From contig JBATYN010000260.1 in NCBI GenBank assembly GCA_049674125.1, positions 1-33,708 on the forward strand: DNA of 33,708 bases, given 5' to 3'. Position numbers and translations under genes: made by a program. Below the pieces are notes generated by a model that ran no database searches, was not told where the DNA came from, and saw nothing but the letters and a program-made list of their open reading frames with translations. The stretch is from Pseudolabrys sp. (GTDB taxonomy: Bacteria; Pseudomonadota; Alphaproteobacteria; Rhizobiales; Xanthobacteraceae). Shown piece after piece: positions 8,216-18,142 of this stretch (its first letter is position 1; each line of letters opens with the position of its first letter).

Positions 8216-9274
8216 GTGAGCGCAGCCCCGAAAACGAGTCCGGGCAATTTTTTCGAAGATTTTCAGCTCGGCCAGCAAATTCGCCATGCGACACCGCGAA
8301 CGGTCACGCTCGGTGACGTCGCACTCTACAACGGGCTATTTGGCGGGCGCTTTGCGGTGCAATCATCCGACGCCTTCGCGCAGAAAATCGGCTATCCACG
8401 CTCGCCTATCGACGATCTGCTGGTTTTTCATATCGTTTTCGGCAAGACGGTGCCGGACATTTCCCTGAATGCCGTTGCAAATCTCGGATATGCCGACTGC
8501 CGGTTTCTCAAACCCGTCTATCCAGGCGCCACGCTGAACGCCGTCTCCGAAGTCATCGGATTGCGGGAGAATTCCAACAAAAAGACCGGCATCGTTTATG
8601 TGCGATCGCGCGGTTTCGATGAGAGCGGTGCCACCGCACTCGACTATGCCCGCTGGGTGATGGTCCGAAAGCGCGACGAGGCGGCACCCGCTGCCGAAGA
8701 AAAAGTGCCGGAACTCCCCAAGAGCGTAGAACCAGCACAACTCGGGGGCGCCTGTCCGGTGATCAATCCCGCAGCCTATGATGCGGCGCTGGCCGGCAGT
8801 CCATACCGCTTCGGCGATTACAAGGCTGGCGAAACAATCGATCACGTGGATGGCGTTACGGTCGAAGAAGCCGAACATCAGATAGCGACGCGGCTCTACC
8901 AGAACACCGCGCGCATCCATTTCAACCAGTTCGCAGAAAGCAAAGGCCGCTTCGGGCGCCGGCTGATTTATGGCGGCCACGCAATTTCATTGGCGCGTGC
9001 GCTGTCGTTTAACGGCCTTGGCAACGCGTTCCACGTCGCGGCGATAAACGGGGGGCGGCATGCTGCGCCGCTCTTTGCCGGCTGCACGGTCTTTGCCTGG
9101 TCGGAAGTACTTGCGTGTGCCGAGCTGCCGGGCCGAATTGATGTCGGCGCACTGCGATTGCGCACGATCGCGACCAAAGATCGTCCTTGCGCCGATTTTC
9201 CGGGCAAAATGGGCGACGCGGACGACCCGGCAGTAATTCTCGATCTCGACTATTGGGTGCTCATGCCGCGGTAG
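8216..9274 (+). CDS. mch: Mesaconyl-CoA (2-methylfumaryl-CoA) hydratase, double MaoC domain
   Basis: FFEDF...HATPRTV, VFGKTVPDISLNAVANLGY, RWVMVRKRD, QNTARIHFN, RALSFNGL. AAGGAG at 8202-8207 favours the GTG at 8216. Confidence 0.85.
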   Translation: MSAAPKTSPGNFFEDFQLGQQIRHATPRTVTLGDVALYNGLFGGRFAVQSSDAFAQKIGYPRSPIDDLLVFHIVFGKTVPDISLNAVANLGYADCRFLKPVYPGATLNAVSEVIGLRENSNKKTGIVYVRSRGFDESGATALDYARWVMVRKRDEAAPAAEEKVPELPKSVEPAQLGGACPVINPAAYDAALAGSPYRFGDYKAGETIDHVDGVTVEEAEHQIATRLYQNTARIHFNQFAESKGRFGRRLIYGGHAISLARALSFNGLGNAFHVAAINGGRHAAPLFAGCTVFAWSEVLACAELPGRIDVGALRLRTIATKDRPCADFPGKMGDADDPAVILDLDYWVLMPR

Positions 9275-9277
9275 GCG

Positions 9278-10165
9278 TCATGTGCCTGCCCTTAAATGGT
9301 CCACCAGTTGCCGCGCGTAAGGCGGCAATGCTTCGACATCGCGCACGCAGATCGTCAGTTCGCGCAGCGCCCACGAGTCCGTCAGGCTTACCGCTTTAAT
9401 CGCCATTGTGCGCTCGGTGCGTTGCACCGTCGTCTCAGGGACAATACCCACGCCAACGTTGCACTCAACCAGGCGGCAAATTGCATCGAAGCTGCGCAAC
9501 TGGACGCGTAGACGCAATGGCCGACCGATGCGGTTCGCTTTGTCTGCAAGGAAGCGCTGGATCGCGCTGGCACGATCCAGCCCCACCATGTCGTAGTCCA
9601 GCACTTCGGCAAAGCCGATGCGCGATCGGCTGGCGAGCGGATGATTTTTCGCAACGACCAATACGAAACGATCGCTGCGGAAGGGAAAAGTATTCAGCCC
9701 GGCATAGTCGACGGTGCCCGCAACAATGCCGATATCGGCATTGCCCTCCGCAATCAGGCCGACGATCTCGTCACTCAGCCGCTCCTCCAGATCAACGCTG
9801 ATGTCCGGGTAGGCCATGAGGAACGAACTCAGCGATTCGGGAAGAAACTCGGTGAGCGCATTGGTATTGGAGAGTACCCGAACCTGCCCGGCCAGCCCCC
9901 GGGCAAACGGCGTAAGGTCCTCCTGTAGCCGCTCGGTCTGTGCCAGTATTCCGCGCGCATGCTGCAGCAAAGTGCGTCCGGCCGGTGTCGGGGTAACCCC
10001 GGCGCGCCCACGCACCAGGAGCGCCGTGCCAAATGCCAGTTCCATCTTGCGGATGCGGGTTGAAGCGGCAGCCAACGCCAGATTGGAGCGCGCTGCCCCA
10101 TGCGTAATGCTCCCCGCCTCCACGATATGGCGGAACAGATTGAGATCAGTGAAATCGAACCGCAT
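9278..10165 (-). CDS. LysR-family transcriptional regulator
   Basis: N-terminal HTH (DLNLF...GSITHGA...AASTRIRKME), TPAGRTL linker and substrate-binding domain; 295 aa. Confidence 0.95.
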   Translation of the reverse strand: MRFDFTDLNLFRHIVEAGSITHGAARSNLALAAASTRIRKMELAFGTALLVRGRAGVTPTPAGRTLLQHARGILAQTERLQEDLTPFARGLAGQVRVLSNTNALTEFLPESLSSFLMAYPDISVDLEERLSDEIVGLIAEGNADIGIVAGTVDYAGLNTFPFRSDRFVLVVAKNHPLASRSRIGFAEVLDYDMVGLDRASAIQRFLADKANRIGRPLRLRVQLRSFDAICRLVECNVGVGIVPETTVQRTERTMAIKAVSLTDSWALRELTICVRDVEALPPYARQLVDHLRAGT

Positions 10166-10173
10166 GGGGACTA

Positions 10174-10256
10174 CCTTCTTATTTTACGAAGGCAGACTAC
10201 GCAAAAGGCATATTGCAACGCATCATTTCAAGGTACAAGCTTCGTAATTGATGAAG
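10174..10256. promoter_or_regulatory. Two putative LysR operator boxes (CTTC-N9-GAAG)
   Basis: CCTTC-ttattttac-GAAGG (10174-10192) and CTTC-gtaattgat-GAAG (10240-10256); both contain T-N11-A. Confidence 0.55.
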
Positions 10257-10337
10257 TAATGGGTTATACCGCCGGGTCAAGGGAAATGATTCCAGCCCTT
10301 CGCTGCGGTCAAGCGGCAGGTTTTTTGGAGGGAGACA

Positions 10338-10766
10338 ATGGCCGAGCTTGAAGCCGGAACGACGACAGGCGCGGCACGGTCGCGGCCGCTCTCTCCTCAC
10401 CTGCAGATCTACAAACCGATGCTGACGATGATGATGTCGATCGTCCATCGCATCACCGGCTCTGCACTCTATTTTGGAATGCTGCTGCTCGCGTGGTGGC
10501 TGATCGCTGCGGCAACCGGTCCAAATGCCTACGCCAACGTTGAATGGTTCATGGGCAGCCTGATCGGCCAATTAGTATTGCTTGGTTATACGTGGGCGTT
10601 AATCCACCACATGCTCGGTGGCGTGCGTCATTTGATCTGGGACACAATTCATGGCTTCGAGCCGGCCGAGCGAGAAATGCTGACGCTCGCAACTCTGGTC
10701 GGATCGATCACACTCACTCTCATTATCTGGGTGGTTGGTTATCTCGTCATGGGAGGCCCGCGATGA
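10338..10766 (+). CDS. sdhC: Succinate dehydrogenase cytochrome b556 subunit
   Basis: RPLSPHLQIY, SIVHRITG, HHMLGGVRHLIWD. Confidence 0.97.
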   Translation: MAELEAGTTTGAARSRPLSPHLQIYKPMLTMMMSIVHRITGSALYFGMLLLAWWLIAAATGPNAYANVEWFMGSLIGQLVLLGYTWALIHHMLGGVRHLIWDTIHGFEPAEREMLTLATLVGSITLTLIIWVVGYLVMGGPR

Positions 10767-11155
10767 ACGACGCTCAGCGGATGCGTACGGCAACGCGGCG
10801 CGTTCGCGGCCTGGGCGCGGCTCATTCCGGCACGGCCAATTTTTGGCATCAACGCGTGACGTCGGTCGCAGGCATTCCACTGACCATCGGCCTGCTCCTC
10901 ATCATTACGTCATTGCTCGGACGAAGCCACGCAGCAGTCGTCCAGATTCTCGGCTCACCGATTGTCGCGATCATCTTGCTGCTGTTCATCGTCAACACTG
11001 CCTATCACATGTGGATCGGCATGCAGGAAATCATCCTCGATTACGTGCATGACGAAAAATGGAAGCTATTGAGTCTGATGGCTAATACGTTCTTCGTTTT
11101 CACTGTCAGCCTGGCGTCGGTTTACGCCGTTCTGAAGCTTTCATTCGGGGTCTGA
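10763..11155 (+). CDS. sdhD: Succinate dehydrogenase membrane anchor subunit
   Basis: ATGA overlap with the sdhC stop; GLGAAHSGT, FWHQRVT, HMWIGMQEIILDYVH. Confidence 0.95.
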   Translation: MNDAQRMRTATRRVRGLGAAHSGTANFWHQRVTSVAGIPLTIGLLLIITSLLGRSHAAVVQILGSPIVAIILLLFIVNTAYHMWIGMQEIILDYVHDEKWKLLSLMANTFFVFTVSLASVYAVLKLSFGV

Positions 11156-11158
11156 TCC

Positions 11159-12991
11159 ATGGCGACGAATGGAAAATCAACCGGCGCGCCGACGGTCAAT
11201 GGACGTGCCTATCCGATCGAGGATCACAGCTACGACGTCGTCGTCGTCGGTGCGGGTGGCTCCGGCTTGCGCGCCGTCGTTGGCTGTAGCGAAGCGGGCC
11301 TGCGTACCGCGTGCATTACCAAGGTATTCCCTACTCGCTCGCATACCGTCGCGGCGCAAGGTGGCATCGCAGCCGCGCTCGGCAATATGGGTGAGGATGA
11401 CTGGCGCTGGCACATGTACGATACCGTCAAGGGTGCTGATTGGCTCGGCGACCAGGACGCTATTGAATATCTCTGCCGCAACGCACCCGCCGCAGTTTAC
11501 GAACTCGAACACTGGGGGCTGCCGTTCTCCCGCCGCGAGGAGGACGGAAAAATTTATCAGCGCCCGTTCGGCGGCATGACGACCCACTACGGTAAGGGCA
11601 CGGCGCAACGCACCTGCGCCGCCGCCGACCGCACCGGTCATGCGATGCTGCACACGATGTATGGACAGGCGCTCCGTCACGCTGCCGAGTTTTACGTCGA
11701 GTATTTCGCGATCGACCTCATTATGGATGACGATGGCCGCTGCCGGGGCGTCGTAGCGTTGAATATGGACGACGGCACGATCCATCGCTTTTCGGCCAAC
11801 ATGACCATCCTCGCCACCGGCGGCTATGGGCGCACTTACTTCTCGTGCACGTCGGCACACATCTGCACCGGCGACGGCAATGCAATGGTGCTGCGGGCCG
11901 GCTTGCCGCTGCAGGATATGGAGTTCGTGCAATTCCACCCCACCGGTATCTATCCGGCGGGCTGCCTTATCACCGAAGGATCACGCGGCGAAGGCGGATA
12001 TTTGGTCAATTCCGAGGGCGAGCGTTTCATGGAGCGTTACGCGCCGTCGGCAAAAGATCTCGCATCGCGCGACGTTGTCTCGCGGGCGATGACCGTCGAA
12101 ATCCGGGAAGGCCGCGGCGTGGGCAAGGAAAAAGATCACTTGTTCCTGCACCTCGACCATCTCGATCCCGCCGTCCTGCATGAGCGGCTGCCTGGCATCA
12201 GCGAAACCGCGCGCATCTTCGCCAATGTCGATGTGACACGTGAGCCGATTCCGGTGTTGCCAACCGTGCACTACAACATGGGCGGCATTGCCACGAACTA
12301 TCACGGTGAAGCGCTCACCAAAAAGAATGGAAAAGACGATACTGTGATCCCTGGTCTGATGGCGCTCGGCGACGCGGCCTGCGTGTCGGTGCACGGCGCA
12401 AACCGGCTTGGCTCCAATTCACTGATCGATCTGGTGGTGTTTGGCCGCGCGGCCGCGCTGCGCTGCGCCGAGTTGTTGACCCCGGGGGACAAGCAACCTG
12501 CGCTGCCGACAAATTCAGCCGATATGTCGTTGTCGCGGCTTGATAAATTCCGCAACGCCTCCGGCGGAACGCCGACTGCAAAATTGCGCCTGAATATGCA
12601 GCGCGTGATGCAAGAAGACTGCGCCGTGTTTCGGAGTGGCGAAGTGCTGGAGCAGGGCCACAAGCGGATTCACGACGTATACGAGGGCATGGCTGATGTT
12701 CACGTGAGCGATCGCTCCCTGATCTGGAATTCCGATTTGATCGAGACGCTTGAGCTGGACAACCTCATTGCGCAGGCTGTGGTCACAATGGATTCGGCAA
12801 AGAACCGTACCGAAAGCCGCGGCGCGCATGCGCGCGAGGACTATCCGGATCGCGATGACAAGAACTGGATGAAGCACACGCTGTCGTGGATGGACGAGAA
12901 GGGCAACGTGAGACTCGATTACCGCCCCGTGCACGCCTTCACTCTGACCAACGACGTCGCCTATATCGAACCCAAAGCACGCGTCTACTGA
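11159..12991 (+). CDS. sdhA: Succinate dehydrogenase flavoprotein subunit
   Basis: [16 protein letters not shown] (covalent FAD His), [29 protein letters not shown]. Confidence 0.98.
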   Translation: MATNGKSTGAPTVNGRAYPIEDHSYDVVVVGAGGSGLRAVVGCSEAGLRTACITKVFPTRSHTVAAQGGIAAALGNMGEDDWRWHMYDTVKGADWLGDQDAIEYLCRNAPAAVYELEHWGLPFSRREEDGKIYQRPFGGMTTHYGKGTAQRTCAAADRTGHAMLHTMYGQALRHAAEFYVEYFAIDLIMDDDGRCRGVVALNMDDGTIHRFSANMTILATGGYGRTYFSCTSAHICTGDGNAMVLRAGLPLQDMEFVQFHPTGIYPAGCLITEGSRGEGGYLVNSEGERFMERYAPSAKDLASRDVVSRAMTVEIREGRGVGKEKDHLFLHLDHLDPAVLHERLPGISETARIFANVDVTREPIPVLPTVHYNMGGIATNYHGEALTKKNGKDDTVIPGLMALGDAACVSVHGANRLGSNSLIDLVVFGRAAALRCAELLTPGDKQPALPTNSADMSLSRLDKFRNASGGTPTAKLRLNMQRVMQEDCAVFRSGEVLEQGHKRIHDVYEGMADVHVSDRSLIWNSDLIETLELDNLIAQAVVTMDSAKNRTESRGAHAREDYPDRDDKNWMKHTLSWMDEKGNVRLDYRPVHAFTLTNDVAYIEPKARVY

Positions 12992-13003
12992 CGGAACTGC
13001 GCC

Positions 13004-13783
13004 ATGGTCGAATTCACGCTGCCGAAAAAGTCCAAGATCACTGAAGGCAAGAAGTGGCCGCGCACGTCACATGCAACACATGTGAGCGAATTTCGAATTT
13101 ACCGGTGGAACCCGGACGATGGTCAGAACCCCAGCATCGATACCTACTACGTCGATCGCGATGACTGCGGGCCGATGATTCTCGATGCGCTGATCTGGAT
13201 CAAGAACACTGTCGACCCGACGCTGACCTTCCGGCGTTCCTGCCGCGAGGGCGTGTGCGGCTCTTGTGCCATGAACATCGACGGCACCAATACGCTCGCA
13301 TGCACAAAAGCAATCGACGATATGCATGCGCCCGTGAAGATCTATCCGTTGCCACACCAGCCCGTGGTGAAGGATCTCGTGCCGGATTTGAAAAACTTCT
13401 ACGCGCAATATGCCTCGATCGAACCCTGGTTGCAGACGAGCACGCCGACGCCCGAGAAAGAGTGGAAGCAGAGTCACACCGACCGGGCAAAGCTTGACGG
13501 CATGTACGAATGTATTCTCTGCGCATGCTGTTCAACATCTTGCCCCAGCTACTGGTGGAATTCGGATCGCTATCTCGGTCCCGCGGCACTGCTGCAGGCA
13601 AATCGCTGGGTCCAGGACAGCCGTGACGAATCGACCGGCGCACGGCTCGACAATTTGGAAGATCCATTCCGGCTCTATCGCTGCCACACCATCATGAATT
13701 GCTCGAAGGCCTGCCCGAAGGGTCTCAATCCGGCGAAGGAAATTGCCACGCTCAAGAAAGCGTTGGTCGACCGGCAACTTTGA
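13004..13783 (+). CDS. sdhB: Succinate dehydrogenase iron-sulfur subunit
   Basis: [34 protein letters not shown]. Confidence 0.98.
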   Translation: MVEFTLPKKSKITEGKKWPRTSHATHVSEFRIYRWNPDDGQNPSIDTYYVDRDDCGPMILDALIWIKNTVDPTLTFRRSCREGVCGSCAMNIDGTNTLACTKAIDDMHAPVKIYPLPHQPVVKDLVPDLKNFYAQYASIEPWLQTSTPTPEKEWKQSHTDRAKLDGMYECILCACCSTSCPSYWWNSDRYLGPAALLQANRWVQDSRDESTGARLDNLEDPFRLYRCHTIMNCSKACPKGLNPAKEIATLKKALVDRQL

Positions 13784-13919
13784 GACTTCGCAACAAGCGG
13801 CCGTTATAAGCTGAGTGATATTCACGGTTTGATCTTCGGCTAAACGAATGACGTGTTGAGTTGCTGAATGCAACAATACAACTTCTGCTTGATGCAATAA
13901 TTGCGGTGGTGCAGGGTCT

Positions 13920-13941
13920 GCCCCGTTCGCAGGGTTTTTTT
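13920..13941 (+). terminator. Possible weak intrinsic terminator downstream of sdhB
   Basis: GCCCCG-TTCG-CAGGGT (one mismatch) running into T7. Confidence 0.35.
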
Positions 13942-13943
13942 GC

Positions 13944-15062
13944 GTGCGTTGGCATCTGGCAAAATTATTAGCAGCGAGCTTTTTGCTTTGCGCGGCGTGC
14001 GCGCCGGTCTCGAAACTACCGCCGCTGCCAGCTGACGATGTCGAAGCGGAGCGGCGCAAGCAGCAGATCGATCAGATCCGCGACTACTTCGCTCAAATCG
14101 GCCGTCTCCATAGTGTCGCGTTTCGCCTTCGTGTCGCCAACAGCGACGATTGTAAAAACTGGGCGTGGGCGCAGATCGGCCTGGACGCGGGCACTGTAGC
14201 GAGCATGCCGCGCAAGTACCGGTCGTTCTCGCACGAGGCCCTGTCCGTCAGCTGGACTCAAGCAACCGTGCTGTCGGTTGCCGAGACGTCGCCGGCCGCC
14301 ATCGCCGGAATCAAATCCGGCGACCACCTTCTGACGTTTAACAATGAGCCGGTTCCGCGGTACGGCACGGCCGGATGGATCGGCGGTTTTGTGCGCGACA
14401 ACGGTTATCGACCGATACAAGTTCTTGTCCGCCGCGATGGCGTCGATGAAATGCACACGGTGACGCCGGTAAAGGCCTGCGCAATTCCGATCGAACTCGC
14501 AACGGACTCCTCGCCGAATGCCTTCACGACAGACGATGGAATCGTCGTCTATTCAACCGTGTTGCGACTCGCACGGACCGATGCGCAGCTTGCCCTTATC
14601 ATCGGGCACGAACTTGCGCACGCCAATCTCGGTCATTTGGACAAGCAACGCGTCAATACGGTCATTGGTTGGGCGGGCGGCGCAGCGCTCGACGCCGGCA
14701 TCATGCTGGGCGGCATTTCTACGGGCGGCGCGTTTAGCAAGCAGTTCACGCGCGCCGGCGCTCAAGCCTTTAGCGTCGCATTTGAACGCGAGGCGGATTA
14801 TGTCGGCGCCTATTATGCCGCGCGTGCGGGCTATGATCTTGCGGGCGCGGAGGATATCTGGCGGGCAATGTCATTGGAAACTCCCGAAAGCATTCGCATC
14901 GGCAGGGACCATCCAATTACGCCGGTCCGCTTCGTCCAGATGCAGAAAGTCGCCGCCGAAATTGCAGACAAGCAGCGCCACCATGCACCGCTGATTCCAG
15001 AATTGAAGGTCATTGAAACAGAAGTTGAGCCTGCGATGAGTTCGGGCGAGAGCATCCGTTAA
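13944..15062 (+). CDS. M48-family zinc metallopeptidase lipoprotein with a PDZ-like domain
   Basis: Lipoprotein-like signal (LLCAAC), SPAAIAGIKSGD PDZ-like motif, PNAF, GHELAH and EREAD third ligand. Confidence 0.85.
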   Translation: MRWHLAKLLAASFLLCAACAPVSKLPPLPADDVEAERRKQQIDQIRDYFAQIGRLHSVAFRLRVANSDDCKNWAWAQIGLDAGTVASMPRKYRSFSHEALSVSWTQATVLSVAETSPAAIAGIKSGDHLLTFNNEPVPRYGTAGWIGGFVRDNGYRPIQVLVRRDGVDEMHTVTPVKACAIPIELATDSSPNAFTTDDGIVVYSTVLRLARTDAQLALIIGHELAHANLGHLDKQRVNTVIGWAGGAALDAGIMLGGISTGGAFSKQFTRAGAQAFSVAFEREADYVGAYYAARAGYDLAGAEDIWRAMSLETPESIRIGRDHPITPVRFVQMQKVAAEIADKQRHHAPLIPELKVIETEVEPAMSSGESIR

Positions 15063-15083
15063 GCAGATGGCCGCTCGCCGCCG

Positions 15084-15533
15084 TTAAGCGCATTTCCTGG
15101 CTTGGCAGAGTTTCTCAAGCTCCGGGAATGGTTTGTAGGCGGCATTACCACATTGTTCCTTGCTCGCGTCGATCAACTGGTTGAGATGTCCGCCATAGAA
15201 AAATCCGATGCGGTCCTTGCTTCCCGTGTATTGCTTGCCGGGATCGCGCGAGTCAAAGCGCACACAAATGCTGTATCGTTCGTCCGACCCGGCCCGCCGC
15301 AGCACCGGATCGCTGACATAGGCACCCCGAATATTGGTCGGATCGTCGAGCGTTGTGGACAGAGTGTTGAGGACTTCGTTCTTGTAGTCCGCCGGCAACA
15401 CATTTGGATTTTCCGGCGGCTCTTTGCTGCTCGACGAACATCCGATGAGAGCCAGCGCAAGGCCTGAAAGCAACCATAGGCTCGCCGCGGGACTAGCCAC
15501 TAGTTGACCTCCACCAACGGCACCGCGCGCCAC
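15084..15533 (-). CDS. Hypothetical lipoprotein
   Basis: Lipobox LIGC after a hydrophobic stretch; four further Cys; lies just after the argG stop. Start uncertain. Confidence 0.7.
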   Translation of the reverse strand: MARGAVGGGQLVASPAASLWLLSGLALALIGCSSSSKEPPENPNVLPADYKNEVLNTLSTTLDDPTNIRGAYVSDPVLRRAGSDERYSICVRFDSRDPGKQYTGSKDRIGFFYGGHLNQLIDASKEQCGNAAYKPFPELEKLCQARKCA

Positions 15534-15536
15534 CGC

Positions 15537-16784
15537 TCAATCGAGCTTGAGCTTGCGCCGCCGCTGTCCGAGCGTGCGCAGCCGCAGGGCATTGAGCTTG
15601 ATGAAACCTTCGGCATCCCGATGGTCGTATGCCACGGCGCCCTCTTCGAAAGTCACAAGCTCCTGGTCGTAGAGCGAATATTTACTCTCACGACCGACCA
15701 CCGTCACGTTGCCTTTGTAAAGTTTGAGCTTCACGCGGCCAGTGACAAACTCCTGGCTCTTGTCGATCGCGGCTTGCAACATTTCACGCTCGGGCGTGAA
15801 CCAAAAGCCGTAGTAAACCAGCTCGGCATATTTCGGCATCAGCTCATCTTTAAGATGCGCAGCGCCACGGTCGAGCGTGATCGATTCAATGCCGCGGTGG
15901 GCAGCGAGCAATATCGTTCCCCCCGGCGTTTCGTACATGCCGCGGGACTTCATGCCGACAAAACGGTTTTCAACCAAATCGAGCCTGCCGATGCCATTGA
16001 CGCGCCCGAAATCATTGAGCTGGCTGAGCAGCGCCGCCGGAGTAAGTTTCTTGCCGTCGATTGCAACTGCATCGCCGCGTTCGAAATCGACAGTGATGTA
16101 GGTGGGCTTATCCGGGGCTTTTTCCGGATCGACCGTACGCGAGAAAACGTAATCGGGGACCTCCTGCGCCGGGTTCTCCAGGACCTTTCCCTCTGATGAA
16201 GCGTGCAAAAGGTTGGCGTCAACCGAAAATGGCGCTTCGCCACGCTTGTCCTTCGCGATCGGGATCTGATGCTTCTCGGCAAACTCGATGAGCTTGGTCC
16301 GGGAAGTTAGATCCCATTCCCGCCACGGCGCTATCACTGTCACATCTGGCTTGAGCGCATAGTAAGTGAGCTCGAACCGAACCTGATCGTTGCCCTTGCC
16401 AGTGGCACCATGCGCCACGGCATCGGCTCCGACTTTTTCCGCAATCTCAATCTGCTTTTTGGCGATCAGCGGCCGCGCGATTGAAGTGCCGAGCAGATAT
16501 TGCCCTTCATACAATGCGTTTGCCCGGAACATCGGAAAAACGTAGTCGCGCACGAATTCTTCGCGCAAATCTTCGACGAAGATGTTCTCTTTCTTGATGC
16601 CGAGCAGCAACGCTTTCTGCCGGGCCGGCTCGAGCTCCTCACCTTGGCCGAGGTCGGCCGTGAAGGTCACCACCTCGCATCCATAGGTGGTCTGAAGCCA
16701 CTTCAAAATAATCGACGTATCGAGCCCGCCGGAATAGGCGAGCACAACTTTCTTCACAGTCCGCTTTTGGTCGGCCTTGGACAT
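15537..16784 (-). CDS. argG: Argininosuccinate synthase
   Basis: [37 protein letters not shown]. Confidence 0.98.
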   Translation of the reverse strand: MSKADQKRTVKKVVLAYSGGLDTSIILKWLQTTYGCEVVTFTADLGQGEELEPARQKALLLGIKKENIFVEDLREEFVRDYVFPMFRANALYEGQYLLGTSIARPLIAKKQIEIAEKVGADAVAHGATGKGNDQVRFELTYYALKPDVTVIAPWREWDLTSRTKLIEFAEKHQIPIAKDKRGEAPFSVDANLLHASSEGKVLENPAQEVPDYVFSRTVDPEKAPDKPTYITVDFERGDAVAIDGKKLTPAALLSQLNDFGRVNGIGRLDLVENRFVGMKSRGMYETPGGTILLAAHRGIESITLDRGAAHLKDELMPKYAELVYYGFWFTPEREMLQAAIDKSQEFVTGRVKLKLYKGNVTVVGRESKYSLYDQELVTFEEGAVAYDHRDAEGFIKLNALRLRTLGQRRRKLKLD

Positions 16785-16911
16785 GCCAATCCCGCGGCAA
16801 TGCCGCCCTTTATGGTCCGAGCCAGGGCCCAGCCGGGCATCCCGGTTGAAAAAACACAACGTTCCCTTCTCTCACCGCGATTGCCGGGTCAAGTCCGGGC
16901 ATTCGGCAGAG

Positions 16912-17226
16912 CTAACCGGTCACATCCTCATATACATCCACGTCCGCACTACCGGCCAAAATAGCGCGCCAACCCTGCAAGAAAGTCCGCACCATTGGGT
17001 CGCTTGCCAGCTTGTGTCGGTTAAGTTCAAGCGCGGCGTCGGCTTCATATTCGATCTCGACGACAAGTTGCGCCGGATCATCGACATTTTGCAGCACGCG
17101 AAAGCCAGCTCCGCCGAGCGTCCGATAAAATGGCGCGGCGCTCCGAATGAGCGTGAGGACTTGCGCCGGGTCGCCCAGCGCCCGCGCTTTGATCTGCAAC
17201 ACCCGTTTGATGCCCGGCTCTGCCAC
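16912..17226 (-). CDS. Small hypothetical protein, possible dimeric alpha/beta-barrel (NIPSNAP/ABM-like)
   Basis: GTG at 17226 after GAGGAGA; beta-alpha-beta-beta-alpha-beta pattern with VLQNVDDPAQLVVEIEY. Confidence 0.6.
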   Translation of the reverse strand: MAEPGIKRVLQIKARALGDPAQVLTLIRSAAPFYRTLGGAGFRVLQNVDDPAQLVVEIEYEADAALELNRHKLASDPMVRTFLQGWRAILAGSADVDVYEDVTG

Positions 17227-17308
17227 CAATCTCTCCTCGCACAATCGACGCGACATTAACACAATGCGGAGTGGCCCTGAACATCGCCGCACACTTTTCG
17301 CGTATCCC

Positions 17309-18085
17309 TCAAGGTTTGGATTTTCGTTTTCCAAACAATCCAACGATAAAAGTATAGCCGGGCATGGAGATACGCTCTAGCGACCGCTCAACGTCATCAT
17401 CCGAAAATCGCGTGTGTGGCCATCGATATATGAAGGCGTACGCAACCCAAATGACCAGAAACGTGAACACGCCCGCGAAGACGACATCGGATGGGAAGTG
17501 TGCACCGGCCATCATCCGAATAGCGGCCATGCCAGCACCCAATGTGAGTGCGGCGCCGTATGCAATAGCGCGCCATTGTGGTGGCGCCAGCGCTGCCGGT
17601 GCGATTGTCCAGAACGCACCGGCGACATCACCGGAAACAAATGCGCAATTTGCCGGGCAGTCGCCGCGCGGGCTCCACCAAGGCATAAAATGTTCGCTTC
17701 CGCCAAACTGAATCACATCGATTGGCCGCGGCCGCCCCCAATGATCCTTGAGCAAGACGTTGACCAGCAGGCCAGGCGCGAGCGCCAATGTTGCGATCAG
17801 AAAGACGACTGCGCGGCCTGACATCAACATTTTGCGGCGCGGCAAGAGAAGCTTGATCACGAATGCAACGACCGCCGGCACCGCTAGTGCCGCTCCAATC
17901 CAAAGACCGATATCACGCGCCAACATCACTGGCGGGTAAATACGAAAAGCAAATGTATTGTGCCCGGCGTCTTCGACCGCGTAGAAAAATCGCTCAACCC
18001 ACAAATCGAGCTCTGGATAAAGCCCAAAAACCACGCCGGCGACCACAGCGATAGCGAGCGCGATTGTGAGGCCCGTTCGATTCAT
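17309..18085 (-). CDS. PAP2-family membrane phosphatase, lipid A 4'-phosphatase LpxF-like
   Basis: KDHWGRPRP (C1), CPANCAFVSGD (variant C2), RMMAGAHFPSD (C3); multiple TM segments. Confidence 0.8.
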   Translation of the reverse strand: MNRTGLTIALAIAVVAGVVFGLYPELDLWVERFFYAVEDAGHNTFAFRIYPPVMLARDIGLWIGAALAVPAVVAFVIKLLLPRRKMLMSGRAVVFLIATLALAPGLLVNVLLKDHWGRPRPIDVIQFGGSEHFMPWWSPRGDCPANCAFVSGDVAGAFWTIAPAALAPPQWRAIAYGAALTLGAGMAAIRMMAGAHFPSDVVFAGVFTFLVIWVAYAFIYRWPHTRFSDDDVERSLERISMPGYTFIVGLFGKRKSKP

Positions 18086-18142
18086 GCGGGTTCGTCTAGC
18101 CGACGTGCCACTAAATTGAAAGGCGACCGTCTATTATTCCGC

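Noticed and set aside
10544..10762. Long N-terminal extension of sdhD
   Set aside because: Overlaps sdhC; the ATGA-coupled start at 10763 gives a normal-sized SdhD
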